Assembly: GCA_051362555.1 (NCBI GenBank)
Contig: CM120640.1
Coordinates: 56,460,788 to 56,524,787 of the forward strand
Direction of reading: 5' to 3'
DNA length: 64,000 nt
DNA from: Lingula anatina
Taxonomy: Eukaryota > Animalia > Brachiopoda
Shown here: positions 12,134-25,805 of the stretch, one piece after another
Layout of the letters: the number at the start of each line of letters is the position of its first letter
Numbering within the stretch: the stretch's first letter is position 1
Notes under the pieces: model-generated
The model's input: the letters and a program-made list of their open reading frames with translations, nothing else
What the model was told of the DNA's origin: nothing
Databases searched by the model: none
Made by a program: the position numbers and the translations under genes

Positions 12134-13793
12134 CAGGGTTACCACTAAATATGGAATATTATTTTTTGGCGAGTAAATTTTGTACAAAATATTTAATTTC
12201 TCTCTAACTACTTTAAATCCAAAGCTGAGGTGTCACTCCATGTGTAGCCAGGTGTGTTACCTAATTACCACACAACTCTCGAAACAATTGATGCATGCAG
12301 TTGCATGTTCTGTGGTCAGAAATGTGAGGGGTGGTCTTTTCGGCAATTTCTGCCCTTGTATAAAAACGCATGGGTTTGGTCAATCTTTGGAGTGTGTTCA
12401 GAGAAGCAACAAAGGGATCGCTCTGAAACTTCACAGGTACCTTAGTGAAGATATGGTTCGACAGCTAAGCAACGCAGCTTACTATGGGATTCTTGCTCTC
12501 AGAGAAAATGGCCAGAAACAGACAGCCATTGCCAGGTAATTCAACATTTATCAGGAACCGTTTGTGAAGTCCTCCAAAGAAATGCTGCTACAGGGGCACC
12601 TACTCTAATACCTCGACCAGGGTGTCCGCGTATCACACCAAGAAGACAGGATCGCCTTCTCCTTAGAGGACGCCGTGCTGGTCGTACAAAGACAACCAGT
12701 GTCCTCAGAAAAGAGAGGCAGAATGTCATTCAAACGCCCGTTTCAAGGTCCCTCGAGAACAAGAGGTTACTGCAAGCCCATTATTTTGCACGAAGGCCAG
12801 TAGGGAAACCACTGTTAACAGCAGGTCATATACAGCGACGTCTGCAATGGGCTGGGGACCACGTGCGTTTGCAGCCAAAACACTGGAATCACGACGTTTT
12901 CAGTGATGAGGCCAGATATGGATTTTTTAGGGTTGATCGTCGAATCCGTGTCCACCGACGTGTACGAGGGGCATAAAACGATGATTGTGTACTGCCTAGG
13001 GTGCAAGCAGGGGATGGTAACGTCTCTGTTTGGGGAGCATTTCATGTCGGTGCCCAGAACCAGTTGGTTTTTCTAGGAGGCAATCTCATCCAGGATTCCT
13101 ACAGAGACATTCTACAGCAAACACTGCTTCGATTGGTAAGAGTCATCTTCAGGAACAACTTTGTGTACCAAGACGACTGCGCAACCCCACATCGAGGCCG
13201 CAGAATCACTGTTTTTCTTCAGAACCAAGGGGTTCAGCAACTCCCCTGGCCTGCAAACTCTCCAGTTATGAACCCAATTGAAAATCTGTGGGCGGAGGTA
13301 ACTCAAAGAATTAATAGCTATGGTCCTCGGCCGGTAAATAGTGATGAACTGCGACAGGCAAATATCACTGCGTGGAATGATGTCCCCACCCAAACTCTAA
13401 AAAACGTGTCACAGGGTATGCCATGTAGGATGAGGGCGCTGCAAGCGGCTGCTGGAGGTCATACCCGCAATTACTGACTTTTCATGATTTACTGTAATGA
13501 GTTCTTTGACTGTGTAACATATCACTGTCCGGAGGCTATCATTTTCTTTAATATCTTATCTTAAAGTTTATACTGACATCAAACTGTTGATATGGTTTTC
13601 TGGGGGTGTTCCTTTCTTTTGAATGGCATCTTATATCAGATTTGATATTATTGATCAAAATATCTCACAACAGAAGACTGGATGTTATTATCACTCAGTG
13701 ACATACTTTTGTAATGACTCAAGCCAAAAAATATTTAATCAGCACTCAAAAATAACAATGATAAAAAATATTCCATATTAAGTAGCAACCCTG
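12134..13793 (+). mobile_element. Tc1/mariner (DD34E-type) DNA transposon, full length but inactive
   Basis: TIRs cagggttaccactaaatatggaatatt / aatattccatattaagtagcaaccctg, flanked by TA on both sides (12132-33, 13794-95). Confidence 0.92.
12453..13477 (+). pseudogene. Tc1-like transposase pseudogene
   Basis: MVRQLSNAAYYGILALRENGQKQTAIAR* has a premature stop and a frameshift after it. Downstream are 'RPGCPRITPRRQDR', 'FSDEARYG', 'VSVWGAF', 'YQDDCATPH' and 'WPANSPVMNPIENLW'. Confidence 0.9.
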
Positions 13794-15314
13794 TATGTAT
13801 CACGTAGACTACAATACTTTTCAGTGCGTGTGAATGGTGCTTCTCCCCTGCAGCAATGCACATTTATCACAATCTCTTCTGTTCATGCGATAATCTTACA
13901 ATAAGTAAAAGAGGAATTGAAACCGTCCATTTTCTTTATCAAATCAACAAACTACATGACAATTAATTTATACAATAGAAGTAGAAAAAATGCCAAATAC
14001 CAAATTGAGTGAATAAGTATGTACGCTACTGATTTCGTTGGTGAGTCGGTGACTTGCATTGCTTTAATTTTAATAATGAAAGAGTATATCTGGGAGTGCC
14101 ATAAAAATCGGAAAACAAGATAGAAAATTATATGTTCAAGAAAATTCAGTTGTTTTTATTAATGTATTTAAGTTTTTGTAAGCACTTAGCACAAAAAGTA
14201 TAATTTGACAGAATCTTCAGAGGTCAAGAATAACTGAAATTTTACAACTGTGTTAAAACCTAGTCAGAATGTCTAATAGCATTAAATGATAACGACATCC
14301 CGTCCGATAAAATAATATTTTAGCGCATAAATTTCAGAAGGTATTGTCAAAAGATGTAGAGAAACAGCTTATAAAATTGTTTTTTTTTTTAATTTTCCAC
14401 ATCAGCAGACATTAGCTTTTTGTCACTAATGCCATCATCGGCAGTTTACCTATTGTTTAATTTATGGCAAGTGTATCCCACATCAAGGCAAATTACTTTT
14501 TTGACCTCTGGCCGGACCACTTCTCATAAAAGGCAATCAATTTTATGACCCCTCATTTTCGTCATTTTGCGCAGTGACTCGAACCGTCACAAACTGAGTC
14601 ATGAGACAAAAGGTGAACGTGTGACAGGTCGCGGACTCCCCCTCACCTGTTACGATGGTACTCCTTCCGGTCTCCTCTGGGCGGTCCCCATAAACCCATG
14701 TTTACGGGGTTTGTTGAGAAAATATGGGAAATCTTCAGCTAGAGTGGAGTAGGTACTGAACAAATGTAGTATAATAATTGACCTATCACGAATCAATACC
14801 TTACCTACACCGGAGTCTTGAAATTAATCGAACAGGAGTGAAACAGTAACCACTGCTAGCGGACGAAGGGTAGGTTCACGTGTCCGTGTGTTATATTTTG
14901 ATATTTGATATTGTTACCTTGAACCACAGGACTGTGAAAAGTCGCAATATATATTAGACCCATGATTTATTTTGCTTAAATCTGTTTTCATGTAAGTAAG
15001 AAATATCAATTTATTGGATTTCTGTGTTGTTTCGACCTATATTAGTAGTGAGGATAGGGATTGTATGTTAAAACGATAAAGAAACATTCATGGAGCAACA
15101 AATAGTACACCAAGGAGCAATTCCAATATAAGAAAGTAGTAAGTAAAGCGCTAGATTAAAACAAAATGACGGTTACTACATGTATAATAGTAGCATGTTG
15201 TGTTAGAACATATTTTATGCATTACCCAGATTATCTTAACAATTGTGTATTTTAATACTTAAAAGTATATTGAATAAAAACACTTTTTGCTTTTCAACCA
15301 TTAGGCTATAAGCA

Positions 15315-17696
15315 ATGGAGTTCGGCCAAATCACTATCGTAATTTTTACTCAGATATATTTGTGGACACAAATAAAAGGTAGGTCAAATGAACCTCATGA
15401 TACATTGTCCAATGTGTTGAGGATTTCGTAAATTTTGTTGAAGTGAAATGTAATGTTGGTCTATGTAATATGCGGCGTCACTAGCCGTGGTGGCTTGTGC
15501 CCCTAAGGCAACGGGTTCAGGGGGGTTATAAACCTTGGAAATGGTGACAGCCTCGTGGTGGCATAGTGCTTTAATCTCTTACATCCCATATATCAAACAG
15601 TTTCTCTAATGAGTTGATGAAAATCGCTTCCACTAAGATGAACACTTTATATGTTGAGGAAATTCACGACAAAGGTGGAATGACTATGATATTAATGGAT
15701 AAAATATTATAAATGATGCATATGAAGTAGTGGGCCTACATTGTACTTTAAAAACAAGTGTTATAATACAAAATATTAGAACTATTTCGTTTAAACACAA
15801 AGACCCATTTGCTTATATTTGATACGTTTAAACAAGTTTTTATCATCAAATCGCCAGGCTCCATAGTGACGGTAGGTGACACTAACATTCAGTCTGGGGA
15901 TTCCTGGGCAGCCCCTAGACAAACTCGTATTTGTGCTGGATACATCATCCCCTCATCCGGGTATGTATCCAGTTTCCAAGCCTATGTGACTAGGGCTGGA
16001 GGGACCATACTGTTACAGGTATGGAGGCATGCCGGAGAGACCAAGTACTTCCTTGTAGGACAGCAGCCACTTGTTCCAAATGGACCTGGACTGAACTCTA
16101 TAGCGGTGAGAACATCTCCTAGACTGTTACATAAAAATGCTGATTTGCAAAGTGAGGCGTGCAGTGATTCTCTAAATAACAGACCCTTTATTGTATGAAT
16201 AAAATTTTTACTTAATGAATATTTTTTAAGACAGAAGAATGAATTTAATACCCTGTTCTTCCACTGCAATCATGCTTTCCTTTTCTCTTTTTATTGTAAA
16301 ACCATAAGTATTGCACACTAAAGGATTATTTCATGCGTTGCTTTAATTTTTCAGATACCGCCAGGAATCCTGTTAGTCGAAAAAGGAGATCTGCTTGGAT
16401 TTACAAATACTGTGGAGAATGTTACTTTATCCAGGAGAACTGTCGACGAAGTTTATCCTCTATATATATACGATTACGTGTCCCTGAACGATGGAAACCC
16501 TCCCTCCGTTTCCTCATCGCCGCTCACGTTTGTGCAGTCCCAAGAAATAGGTTACAGATACGCCGTCCAAGCCTCTGTGGAAGTTCGTAAGTTGTCGTGG
16601 TGTCATCCAATGAATAAATTCTGTTGTATTATTATCCTTTTCCGCCAAAAAAATGGAAATATCAAGTAACATATTTCAGTAAATTATTTTTAAATGACCT
16701 CTTCGTATGTCTTCTAAACCATGCCAATTTCTTTCATTTAGCCGACATGACGGACTTGCCTTCAAATACAGATCCACCTAGCCCACCTCAAACGTCAACA
16801 ATCGTGCCATCCATAACCCCTGGCTTTGAAACCATAAGAAAAAACGGCAATATTCTCAAGAACACCAATCTTTTAGTACGTGGTGGGGGTAGACGATTAT
16901 TTCTGGACACGTCACTCAAATTCTCTAAAGGTGTGGTCACTGGGTTTCACGTTTTCTTCAAGACTGCTAGCAATGTTCATATTCAAATATGGCGGCCACT
17001 TTGGATGGCTCAATACAATCAAATGATTTACCAGCTAATCGCCAGCAAAAAGTTGCAGCCTCCTAGTGTGGTTCCTAGCATTATGAATGTAAGTATTGTT
17101 CATAGGTAGAGGACGAAAATGCTCCTTTTATAGCTCCCAAATTCATGAATATTCATTTGAATGGCTACAGCCGTGGTTTAGTCAAATAAAGATTCCACTA
17201 CGAATGGAATTTTGTTAGTTAATCTGATACAAAATAGCCAGTCATACAGGGTATTTATGTTCCCCTAGAAAATTCTGTGGAATGCCCCTTCATTCCTTTT
17301 CTTTCTCTAAGCAAGGTAAACGGATGGCGAATAACTTAACATTTGTGCTTTAAAACTTTTTAAAAATAGTTCATTACTAAACCACTAAAATACATCTGCC
17401 AGTTCGGATACTACAACTAGCATTTTAAATTAGGTTAACCTGAATGAAACTGACTACATTGCCGTGGAAACTAATGACGTCCTGGGTTTCTTCAATGAGG
17501 AAGATATCGGTCCTATTCCTTATGACTATGAAAGCAATCGGATGTACAAGACCTGCAGTGCAGTGACAGGGTGTTCAACCATCCCCACAGTCGGTAATAT
17601 CAAAATGCTAGAAGACCTGGCACTCAATTGGGCGTTTTCATTTGCTGCCACGTACAACACGCGTAAGTTGTATTTTTTATTTATTTAAAAAAAAAT

Positions 17697-17750
<54 letters not shown>

Positions 17751-19028
17751 TTGTGGGGGGGAGGGGTGTCTAAAGGCCTCTTGTTATCTATAAACCATGG
17801 TGATCTGCTGCACAAATGTTTACTTGGTGTGGTTAAGAATATGCCATTGTAGGCCTACAAAAGAAGTAATGTCTATCCAGCATAAACGTAGATTCCTATA
17901 TTTTCAGAAATAATCAACTGTTGCTGAAAAAAAGCCAAAGATAAGAAAACTACGTTCACTATTTCAGAGTATTGGAAGTTTTCTCTTCCTAGTGCACCTG
18001 AGCCGACGTTACCTCCAGGACCAACTGGTCAGATTGGACCAAAGGTAAGAAGAACTAATACCAGCATATTAGATGATTGATTCTACCTTACGGTTACATT
18101 AGATACCTGTACCAATGCCAAAGGCTGGGCTTCCTCACGGGGAATCTCAGCTTAAAGTTGATAACAAAATAAACTTTAGTCATTTGAAAACATAGGGAGA
18201 GGTTGGTTCAACGGGAGAGATAGGAGACACGGGTCAAACGGGTCTCAAGGGTGAGGCGGGACCACCAGGAAGTACCGGACCACCAGGACCGCAAGGTATT
18301 ACGGGGCCCCCAGGACCCAAGGGTGACCCAGGTCAAAATGGACCAAAGGGCGACACGGGACTTCCAGGTCCTCAAGGCCCTACTGGGGAGCAAGGCCCAC
18401 GGGGAACAACGGGTATGACTGGATCCACTGGAGAGACCGGGCCCACTGGACCCAAGGGACAGACAGGAAACACTGGTCCTACAGGAGACTCTAGTACTGG
18501 TCCTGAAGGAGTGACGGGTCCCCAGGGACAAACTGGATCCAAAGGGGATAGAGGATCAACGGGACAGAGAGGGCTCAAAGGAGACACCGGCCCTCCTGGG
18601 TTAACTGGCCCGCCTGGGTTTCCATTTAATGGTATGCTGTTGTGGCAGAGACCAACACTGAGATGAAACCATTTTTTAATACCGTGAAATGAAATTTGAT
18701 GTGTAATATGCATTTACTAGGTGAATAAATAAACCACTTTTAGTAAGCAAGAGTATTTTAGTAATAAAATGCCACAGGCAAAACCAAGCTGTTTGCGTGG
18801 AAACCGAGCTGAAATGTTAGATTGTCTTTGTGAACTGTACAATTAATATTATTATTATTATTATATTTTTCCTTTCCCCTTCCTCAGAAACCAACGAATG
18901 TGCAACGGGCCTTCACGACTGCGACTCCGAGCACGGCATCTGTGTGAACTTGTATTCCGGCTATTTTTGTCTTTGTCAGTCTGGGTACGTGCTCATGTCA
19001 GATGGCAAGGCGTGCACAGGTTGGTAGG

Positions 19029-19063
<35 letters not shown>

Positions 19064-20626
19064 TTTCTATTAATAGAGCTGCATTCAATATAATTACTGT
19101 GTAAATATATTATTGTCCCCATTTTATACTTTGTAGCATTCTGCTGCATTTTTTTAATTTTTTTGGTAGTCTGTCATTTGGCTAACCAAATGCATCTTAA
19201 CAATAAACGCCCTTTGTTTTACTTTTTACCGTGATTCAGAGGATCGATACTGTAGTAAAAACAATGGAGGTTGCCAGGAACAGTGTTTATCCAGCTCCAA
19301 TGGTTCCCAGTCATGTGGATGTGTTTCTCCGGGGCTGACTATGGATAAAGACGGGATGTCTTGTATAGGTACATCCAAAGCAGTTGCCTTATTTTCTTAA
19401 TGGATGTTTAACAAATATGTGCCTCATTCCAGATTTGTGATGTTTAAGGACAGACAGATCACCATAGACTGAGAAGCAACTAAGTCAACAAAATGTTTTA
19501 CCTATAGGTTTACCTTTACGTGTCTAAAATTAATTTTCCTGAATTTTTATAAGTAGTTCTGCATAGGATATTTCTAAGTGATTAAGGGTTAATTGCTAAT
19601 ATTCATATGTTTTTTATATATGAAGGTCAGATGCATATTGTTTGCCTCATATCATTTTATGCACCTTCGCATTTTCATATTAAAAGGGGGCGGTGTGCGA
19701 TTCTTTTCATTTGATTCGAATTCGACACCCTGACAGTCGACTGCAGTTGTATTCATAGTCACAATCAATACAATCGGTACAATACAATCGTCACCCTTGT
19801 AAATGCATATTTTAAGTCTTCAGAGTCTTCGTTAAGTTGTCTGAGTAAATGCTTTAATGGCAGAATTTGATGTCTGCCCTTCATGATAGTTAACATTTTT
19901 GTATGATTATTCAAATTTGTGGTGCATTTTAGATATAGATGAGTGTGAGCGAGAACCATGTGATACAGATTCCGTCTGCATCAATTCCTACGGCTCGTAC
20001 GTCTGCCTCAGCTTATTAAAAGATAAAGGTGAAAAACTAAGATACACAAGTTCCAAAGACAATTTTTAAACGTGATTTTTTTAAATTTCATTAATTCGTG
20101 AGGCAGCTGTGCCAAGTTTGTCACATTTGCAAAACATTATCAGAGAAAAATAACCCTGCTCTTCCTAGGATATGACAGTTTTTTCATTTAACATTCTCTA
20201 AATTAATCTTAAGATTTATCTTTATTTACAGGAAGCAGTATAGCAAGTGGGCAAACGGGAGATGATGGTCTCCCGAATTTACTATCCAACGCTATGATTC
20301 TTGCCATGATCATTTGGCTAATAGTCCTGACACTATTATACATAGTTCTGGCTCTCTGTTGTTATACACTGGTCAAAAGAGCCAAGCGTGAGAGAAGAAA
20401 TTTTGAGAACGCCATGAAAATTCCGAAACTTACTCCAAATTGGTTATTAAAAGCCGGAGCCAGTGAAGAGATTACCTATGACAATGCCCACATCGAGGTT
20501 CCTCCGGGGCATATGTGGTTTGGAAGGGACTCCGAGAAACCTTTGGCAGCGGAAAGTAGCGAGCCTCTAGAGTATGACAGGAGACAGAGTCAGGGGCATC
20601 CATTGTACAAAACGCCTCCTAAATGA
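15315..20626 (+). CDS. Gene A: type I membrane protein - signal peptide, two tandem unnamed beta-rich domains, Thr-rich collagen helix (~50 GXY), 2 EGF + truncated cbEGF, TM, cytoplasmic tail (~794 aa)
   Basis: 11 GT-AG exons: 15315-15378, 15858-16105, 16355-16586, 16742-17088, 17434-17662, 17968-18044, 18196-18631, 18888-19019, 19240-19368, 19933-20028, 20232-20626. Total 2385 nt with consistent phases. Signal peptide [22 protein letters not shown]; EGFs '[12 protein letters not shown]..', '[16 protein letters not shown]..', '[25 protein letters not shown]'; TM '[24 protein letters not shown]'. Confidence 0.85.
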
Positions 20627-21892
20627 CTAAAAGTTTGACAGACATATAGGATGTCATATTTGTGCTAGCAGACTGACAAAGACTAGCCCTTCAATCAATA
20701 TACGTTCATATTAATTTACAAATGGGTGTTAATGCTTTTGTAAAACCTTTGGAGGTATCGAGTTTTGAGATGAAATGATATTACATAATGTTGCTCCAAA
20801 GTGTATTTTCGATTTTTGATAACTTGGTTCAACATCACTAAAATGTAACATTTGAAAAGTATTCTGTTGCTGTCAAACAAAGGGTACTTTACTGGAAAAG
20901 TTATACATATGCCATATTTGTTATAAATTTGTATATTTTCGTATATAAAGTCGTCTGTTTCATTATAGTTCGTTATCCATTGTTTTGTCTCTTTCTAACC
21001 TTAAAAGTACGACTAAACAAAACATTGAAGAAACGTCAAGAAAACCATGATGGCTCATCATCAACATTATTTTAGAAAGTTACCGTTAAGTGTACAACTA
21101 ACATTTGCAGAATTATCCGGTGTCTGACATAATCATTTGCCCTAAAATAAACTTCCACGAAAACTTTGCCTTTAGGAAAATTTTTGGATTGGTCTCCTTA
21201 TCTTATTGTGTCCCGACATGATATACGGCATGGTCGGGTGTCCACCCTTTCATTGATTCATAACACATTTGTCTTCGTGTCCCGTCATCTTTGGTACACC
21301 CACCCACACTAGTCTCTTGGCTAGTCTCAAGGCCGTGAGTTATGCATGTAGGAATCTTCAGATTTTATCTGAATCAAAAACTACAATGCTACTGTAAGGT
21401 CTGGTTATTGTCGTTTTACGCTATTCATTGTACACATGACTCGAACTGCTGTAAATTTTCAGCTTAATTGGCACATTTTTTATTCCCACGAACCATATGT
21501 CAGGTACATTGTCCTTATTGACATTTTACAGGGAAATGGATTTCTGTAAAACAGCAAATCTATATTTAATTTTGTCTTGAACAACTGTAAGAACGGTATT
21601 CAATTAACTGATAATCCAGTTGTATTCCAAATACATTTTGTACACATCAGGCAAGCATAAAGCCTACAGTATTGAAACAAGAACAAACAGGACAAAGAAG
21701 TAACAAACGAAGTAATCAAAGCAATAATTTATAAAAAAAATATATAACTTGGCCAAATTTGAAATAATGCACTCTCACTCACACTGCCACACATCGGCCA
21801 TCTGATCGTGCAAATAGCAAATATAAAAGTTTCATCAAAAATAGTCTACTTTCCCTTCCATTTCAAGAATAGATATATGTCAAAGATCTTCT

Positions 21893-24544
21893 TTAATTTT
21901 CTGACGACGAATCCCTCTCCCTCATGCCCATGGGTAAATCCTGAAAACTCCGCTCGTGATGTCTGGGAAGCTGGGAGAACGGGAACCGAATGTAGGACGC
22001 ACTGGGGTTGGCGTCGATCCATTTTGGTGGATTAGACCTTTTTATCCTACAACATTCGCAGCAGACGACAAGCAGTACAAGCAGGGTCAGCACAGTCAAG
22101 ATGATCAGCCAGATAATAAGGCTCATCATTACGGTGTTGTTCAGCAGAGCTGTGTCATAGACCGGTGCTTCTGAACATGAAGATGAAAAAGGATATTATT
22201 ATCATTCTCAAAGTGGCCTATAAGCTTTTTTTTATTTTCTAAGACCTTTATAAAAATGAGATAGGCATACACCTAGTGGATTCAGGATATCAACACGGAA
22301 AGCCCCCCCCTACTCCCACCCTGTCAGTCAGCTGCGAAAATATTATTTGAAAAATAAAAACCTTTGTAGTCTCATATCAAGTGATGTACGGTATACATAT
22401 ATGGCTTGTGCCTTAACATCTTCTCATTGTTGATTTGTAATTTGTACCAGAGAAAAATAAAGTAGATTTTACCTGTTGTTTGTGTTGCCGCTAAAGGCTG
22501 CTGTATCTGTTGTGCCTGAGCGGTAAGACTGTCTGCAGTGACAAGAAGCTGCTGTATGTATGTCAGTTGGTTGGTAGTGTCACAGGTAGCGGATCCAGGG
22601 GTATTTAGACACAACTCGGAGTCACAACGACCAGCATCCAGCTGACATTCGTCAATGTCTGTGCAGAAAAGAATACAACTTGAGATATGATCATTTTTGG
22701 AAAAATATATCATTAAGCGTTACTTTGAATAATAGTCAAGCTAACCCCATTCAAGTTGCTGTGTGTTTTTTAGTCATAATAAAATTTGTTACTTACCTAT
22801 ACATTTTCTCTTGTTTTGTGCCAATTCATACCCAGCCCTGCAAGAGCAGGCAAAAGAACCGATACTGTTCTCACAACTGTGTTGACACCCTCCATTGTCT
22901 TTGGAGCATTCATTGATATCTAAAGGAAACAATTATATGATTTGGTTAATTTTTGTAAAAAAAAAAGAACAAGTACTTTGTACAGGTAACATCCACCGAT
23001 AAGAACCTGCGAAACTGTGGAATGCATGTAGCAGCTGTAACATAACCGAATGAAAATGTCAAGAAATTGGAACAACGCGCACATAAGAAAAAAAAACGGA
23101 TAATAATAGTCCACAGAAAGATAAGGAGAAACTTTTATTGAAAAATTGGCCTTGCCGGGATGAAATGGAAAGATGTGCCACAGATAATGATTAGATTTCA
23201 ATGTTTACCATGTTGACACCTGTCACCTGTGAACCCAGACAGGCAGGTACAGAAGAAGGATCTGTAGTCATCAAGGCAGGTTCCTCCGTTCTGGCAGGGG
23301 TAGGAGGCACACTGGTCGATGTTGTCTTAAAGAAGGAAAGCAATTACTGACAATCTCCAAATCCATGAAGTACATTGTATACTGTAAATATTGTACCTTA
23401 AACCCAAAGGATTTGGTCAACAAAAATTACATCGATAATTTTTGTGAATTTACATTCTGTTCTATATTACTGTCCTTTACCTTCTGTTGTGGGATCCAAG
23501 GCTGGTCCCTTTGGCCCTGTGTCCCCAGGGGGTCCCTCTGCACCCATCTGCCCTCTAACCCCCTGCTCGCCCTGGTCTCCTCTTGGACCTTTCAAACCCT
23601 GTGGCCCAGGGGGTCCCTGGGCGCCTGGAGGGCCTGCCTCTCCAGATATACCCTTTAAAGCAGTGAATACGTCTTGTGAGATATTGATAGGGGTACATTT
23701 TATGGTGTGTGCTTAACTGTAGGCCCCAGAAGTAACCAAACTTAACTCCTCAGTAAAAACCAGGGGTTATAGCGATATGCAAACACTTTCTATATCTTAC
23801 CGGTTCACCTGTGTCTCCCCTTACTCCAGTCGCTCCCATGGACCCTTGATTTCCTTGGACTCCTGTGGGGCCATCTCCACCGGTGACTCCTTGACCTCCT
23901 TGCACTCCTGGGTCTCCGTGAGCACCCTGGGATCCCGTAAAACCCTTGTTCCCCTGCACGCCCTGTACCCCCCTGACTCCAGCAGGACCTTGAAGACCGA
24001 TTGGTCCCTCTGGTCCGGCGAGGCCGGTATCTCCTGTAATACCCTGCAAGGAGATTTCGGGTACGATTAAATGGATAAGTTTGTGACTGCGTTTTTTACA
24101 TCAAAACCGCTTGATATCTTTGTTGATAGTGTAATATGTAAGGAGTATTGTATGATGTTTACATCGGTATCATTATTAAAAACACATAAAATACTGTTAC
24201 GTTGTCCCTTTTTTACTTGTTGTAAAGCGAATACATTACCTGTGTTCCCTGGGGCCCTATGTCCCCAACATCACCTGGAGGACCGGGGGGTCCAGCTGGA
24301 CCTGCAGGACCTTCGTACGTTGCCTGTTGACCCCTTACTAAAATAGATTATCAACATGTTTTTCAAGTCAAAAATATGCGTATGTGAATTGAGATTTCAT
24401 TTGCGAAGTCAGATGAGATCATTGTTGTAAATTATTTTATTGCAAATATTTGCCTATCAAACTGTAAGTACAGTACAAAGTACATTTACCTGTAATCGCT
24501 AGGCAAGAAGCGAATGTCAGAAACAGCAACACTTTACAGTCCAT
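21893..24544 (-). CDS. Gene B: type I membrane collagen-EGF protein (signal peptide, 52 GXY, 2 EGF + truncated cbEGF, helical neck, TM, tail; ~423 aa)
   Basis: 8 GT-AG exons: 24544-24490, 24337-24240, 24043-23801, 23652-23481, 23325-23209, 22919-22797, 22658-22473, 22170-21893. Total 1272 nt in frame. Signal [21 protein letters not shown]; EGF '[28 protein letters not shown]', cbEGF '[27 protein letters not shown]'; TM '[27 protein letters not shown]'. Confidence 0.88.
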
Positions 24545-25805
24545 TATTATCTGCAAATAGAAAGGTTTCTGGTGATGTAATATTGCGATGCAAATGCCAT
24601 TGGGTTAAATTTTGTATTATGAAATATCTATGAATGTTCTGTCAATGATTTCAATATCAAAAAGCAGTGCCCCACAAAATACTCTCAGCTGATGCACCAA
24701 GTTTCGGATTGTTTACCATGCTCAGTAAGGTAACAGCTAGAGTGTTCAAGGTAGACTTGTTTGTCAAAAATATCAATAATCTTACTTCATTCTTACATTT
24801 AACTACTGGCTATCGTTCACGTACAATGTAAAGCATTATGAAGCATTATAAAGCACCTTGCTTATACTCTATACCTGTACCCCTAACTTTCCTGGACTCA
24901 CGGGTTCAAACACTCGTACACAGAGCATTCGTGATAACATGATCAACTACGTGTATACGTAACAGCAGACCCTTTGAATTTTGTAAAGAAGAACACTATA
25001 CGTATTGTGACAATTAAGTTAAAGACAAACATTAAGTTATGGTGCAACAAGAGATTTGACTTCAGTTGTTCCACCATGTTCTAACTCACCCAGCTATGTT
25101 AACTTTCTCCTATCCATGGCGCTGAATAAAAGTACCTGCAAAACGACGCTTATAACAAGCCCTCAGTCTCTTTAATTCGAGCGACTCAATTTCAACATGG
25201 CGCCTGTGAAAACATTACTTCAATAGTCGTATGGAAAATACAATATTCACATTACGTTGTTTGGACAAATGAAAGAACAAAGGGGGACGGATCTAAAGTG
25301 GGAATGAAATGACCCGATTTACATGCACGAATGAAAGGCAACTTCAAGCAATAGCGACATAAAATCGATACAAAAACCAATGCGATTAGAACGTTCACAT
25401 TTAATCTATTATTGATTTATTTGTAAAATCATACTATGATCATGAATGTGATTTTTTATATTAACATAACATATGAAAGATGAAAGTTGATAGATAGCAA
25501 ATATGCAGTTTTTTTCCAGTTGTAAACCTCCTCCCGTGACAAAAAAGGGGGGGGGGGGGCATAAAGCTCACAGCAGGATGGTCCATTTACTCAGTACATG
25601 TCTTATATTGCACCATTGATTTTTTAAAAATATAATCAAAACGACTGTAGTGGACTTTTAACATTCTTAATGAATGAGGGATGAATGAAAAGTTTTGAGC
25701 CTCAAAGTGTTTGGAGTGGTCTTTTCATCTTTGGTGTTTTGAGAAAGCAACAATTCTCTCTTACGACAAGTCAAATTTTGACTTACTTCGTGCATGGTTT
25801 CATAA

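Noticed and set aside
18208-18713. Pro/Gly-rich ORFs antisense to the collagen exons (also 23365-24346 on +)
   Set aside because: They are shadows of GGN-CCN collagen codons on the opposite strand. The spliced sense models explain the sequence.
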